Made by a program: the position numbers and the translations under genes
Source of the DNA: Malacoraja senta
Lineage: Eukaryota
Assembly: GCA_038087875.1 (NCBI GenBank)
Contig: CM075992.1
Coordinates: 6,634,001 to 6,698,000, forward strand
DNA length: 64,000 bases
Reading direction: 5' to 3'
Notes under the pieces: model-generated
Told to the model about the DNA's origin: nothing
Database searches by the model: none
The model's input: the letters and a program-made list of their open reading frames with translations, nothing else
Shown: positions 63,574 through 64,000 of the stretch, in pieces
Numbering within the stretch: the stretch's first letter is position 1
How the letters are laid out: the number at the start of each line of letters is the position of its first letter

Positions 63574-64000
63574 TAAGTATTGCAATCCAATGCTGAATCT
63601 TGTGGTGCTACATTGAAATTGCACAAATGTTAATTCACATTATACTTTTCTCTTTTCCCCTGGCTTTCTAAAAAGAGCATGCATTCTTCCTTTGACGTCA
63701 TTCCAAGACTATCCAAATGTCTCCAGGTCACTCAGCTGTGTAATGTTGGCTGCTTCAATGAGCATATCCGCGGTGGGATAAACTAATGCAGATGTCAGCG
63801 ACAACCAAGAAAAGTAGCAGAGAAATCAGACCACCCTGTACTTGTAAACAGAAATCATCTGCTTGTGAAAGGGGAAATGTGAAGCCCATTAGATTTTACA
63901 TTCTCGATCTTTCCTCTGCAATCATTGAATTATAAACAGAATATCTTTGCATTTTATCGTCCTTTGAGTAATATTGAATATTTGCAGCTAGCCCTTTCTG

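Overview
Vertebrate genomic DNA, very probably a cartilaginous fish (skate/ray-type repeats: HE1-like V-SINEs, CR1 LINEs, Rex1/Babar, Tx1 and Penelope-derived elements). Two + strand genes. (1) The 3' ~80% of RFX1: 17 coding exons that I could splice in frame from 8363 to the stop at 41416 (one is a putative 348-bp extra exon), followed by a probable ~7.5-kb 3'UTR. The 5' exons lie upstream of the window. (2) CARM1/PRMT4: exon 1 at 55405 in a CpG island, then three C-terminal-domain exons after a 200-N assembly gap that must hide the catalytic-core exons. The ~6.5-kb intergenic region holds a TSD-flanked non-autonomous hAT-like transposon with seven phased CCAAT boxes, a 5'-truncated CR1 LINE, and a palindromic minisatellite abutting the CARM1 promoter. 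Best leads: the extra RFX1 exon, a SINE-bracketed 465-nt stop-free circRNA candidate, the CCAAT-array hAT element, the promoter VNTR, and hammerhead-like cores in Penelope-derived repeats. Homology statements come from recalled sequence knowledge; no searches were run, and repeat boundaries are approximate.
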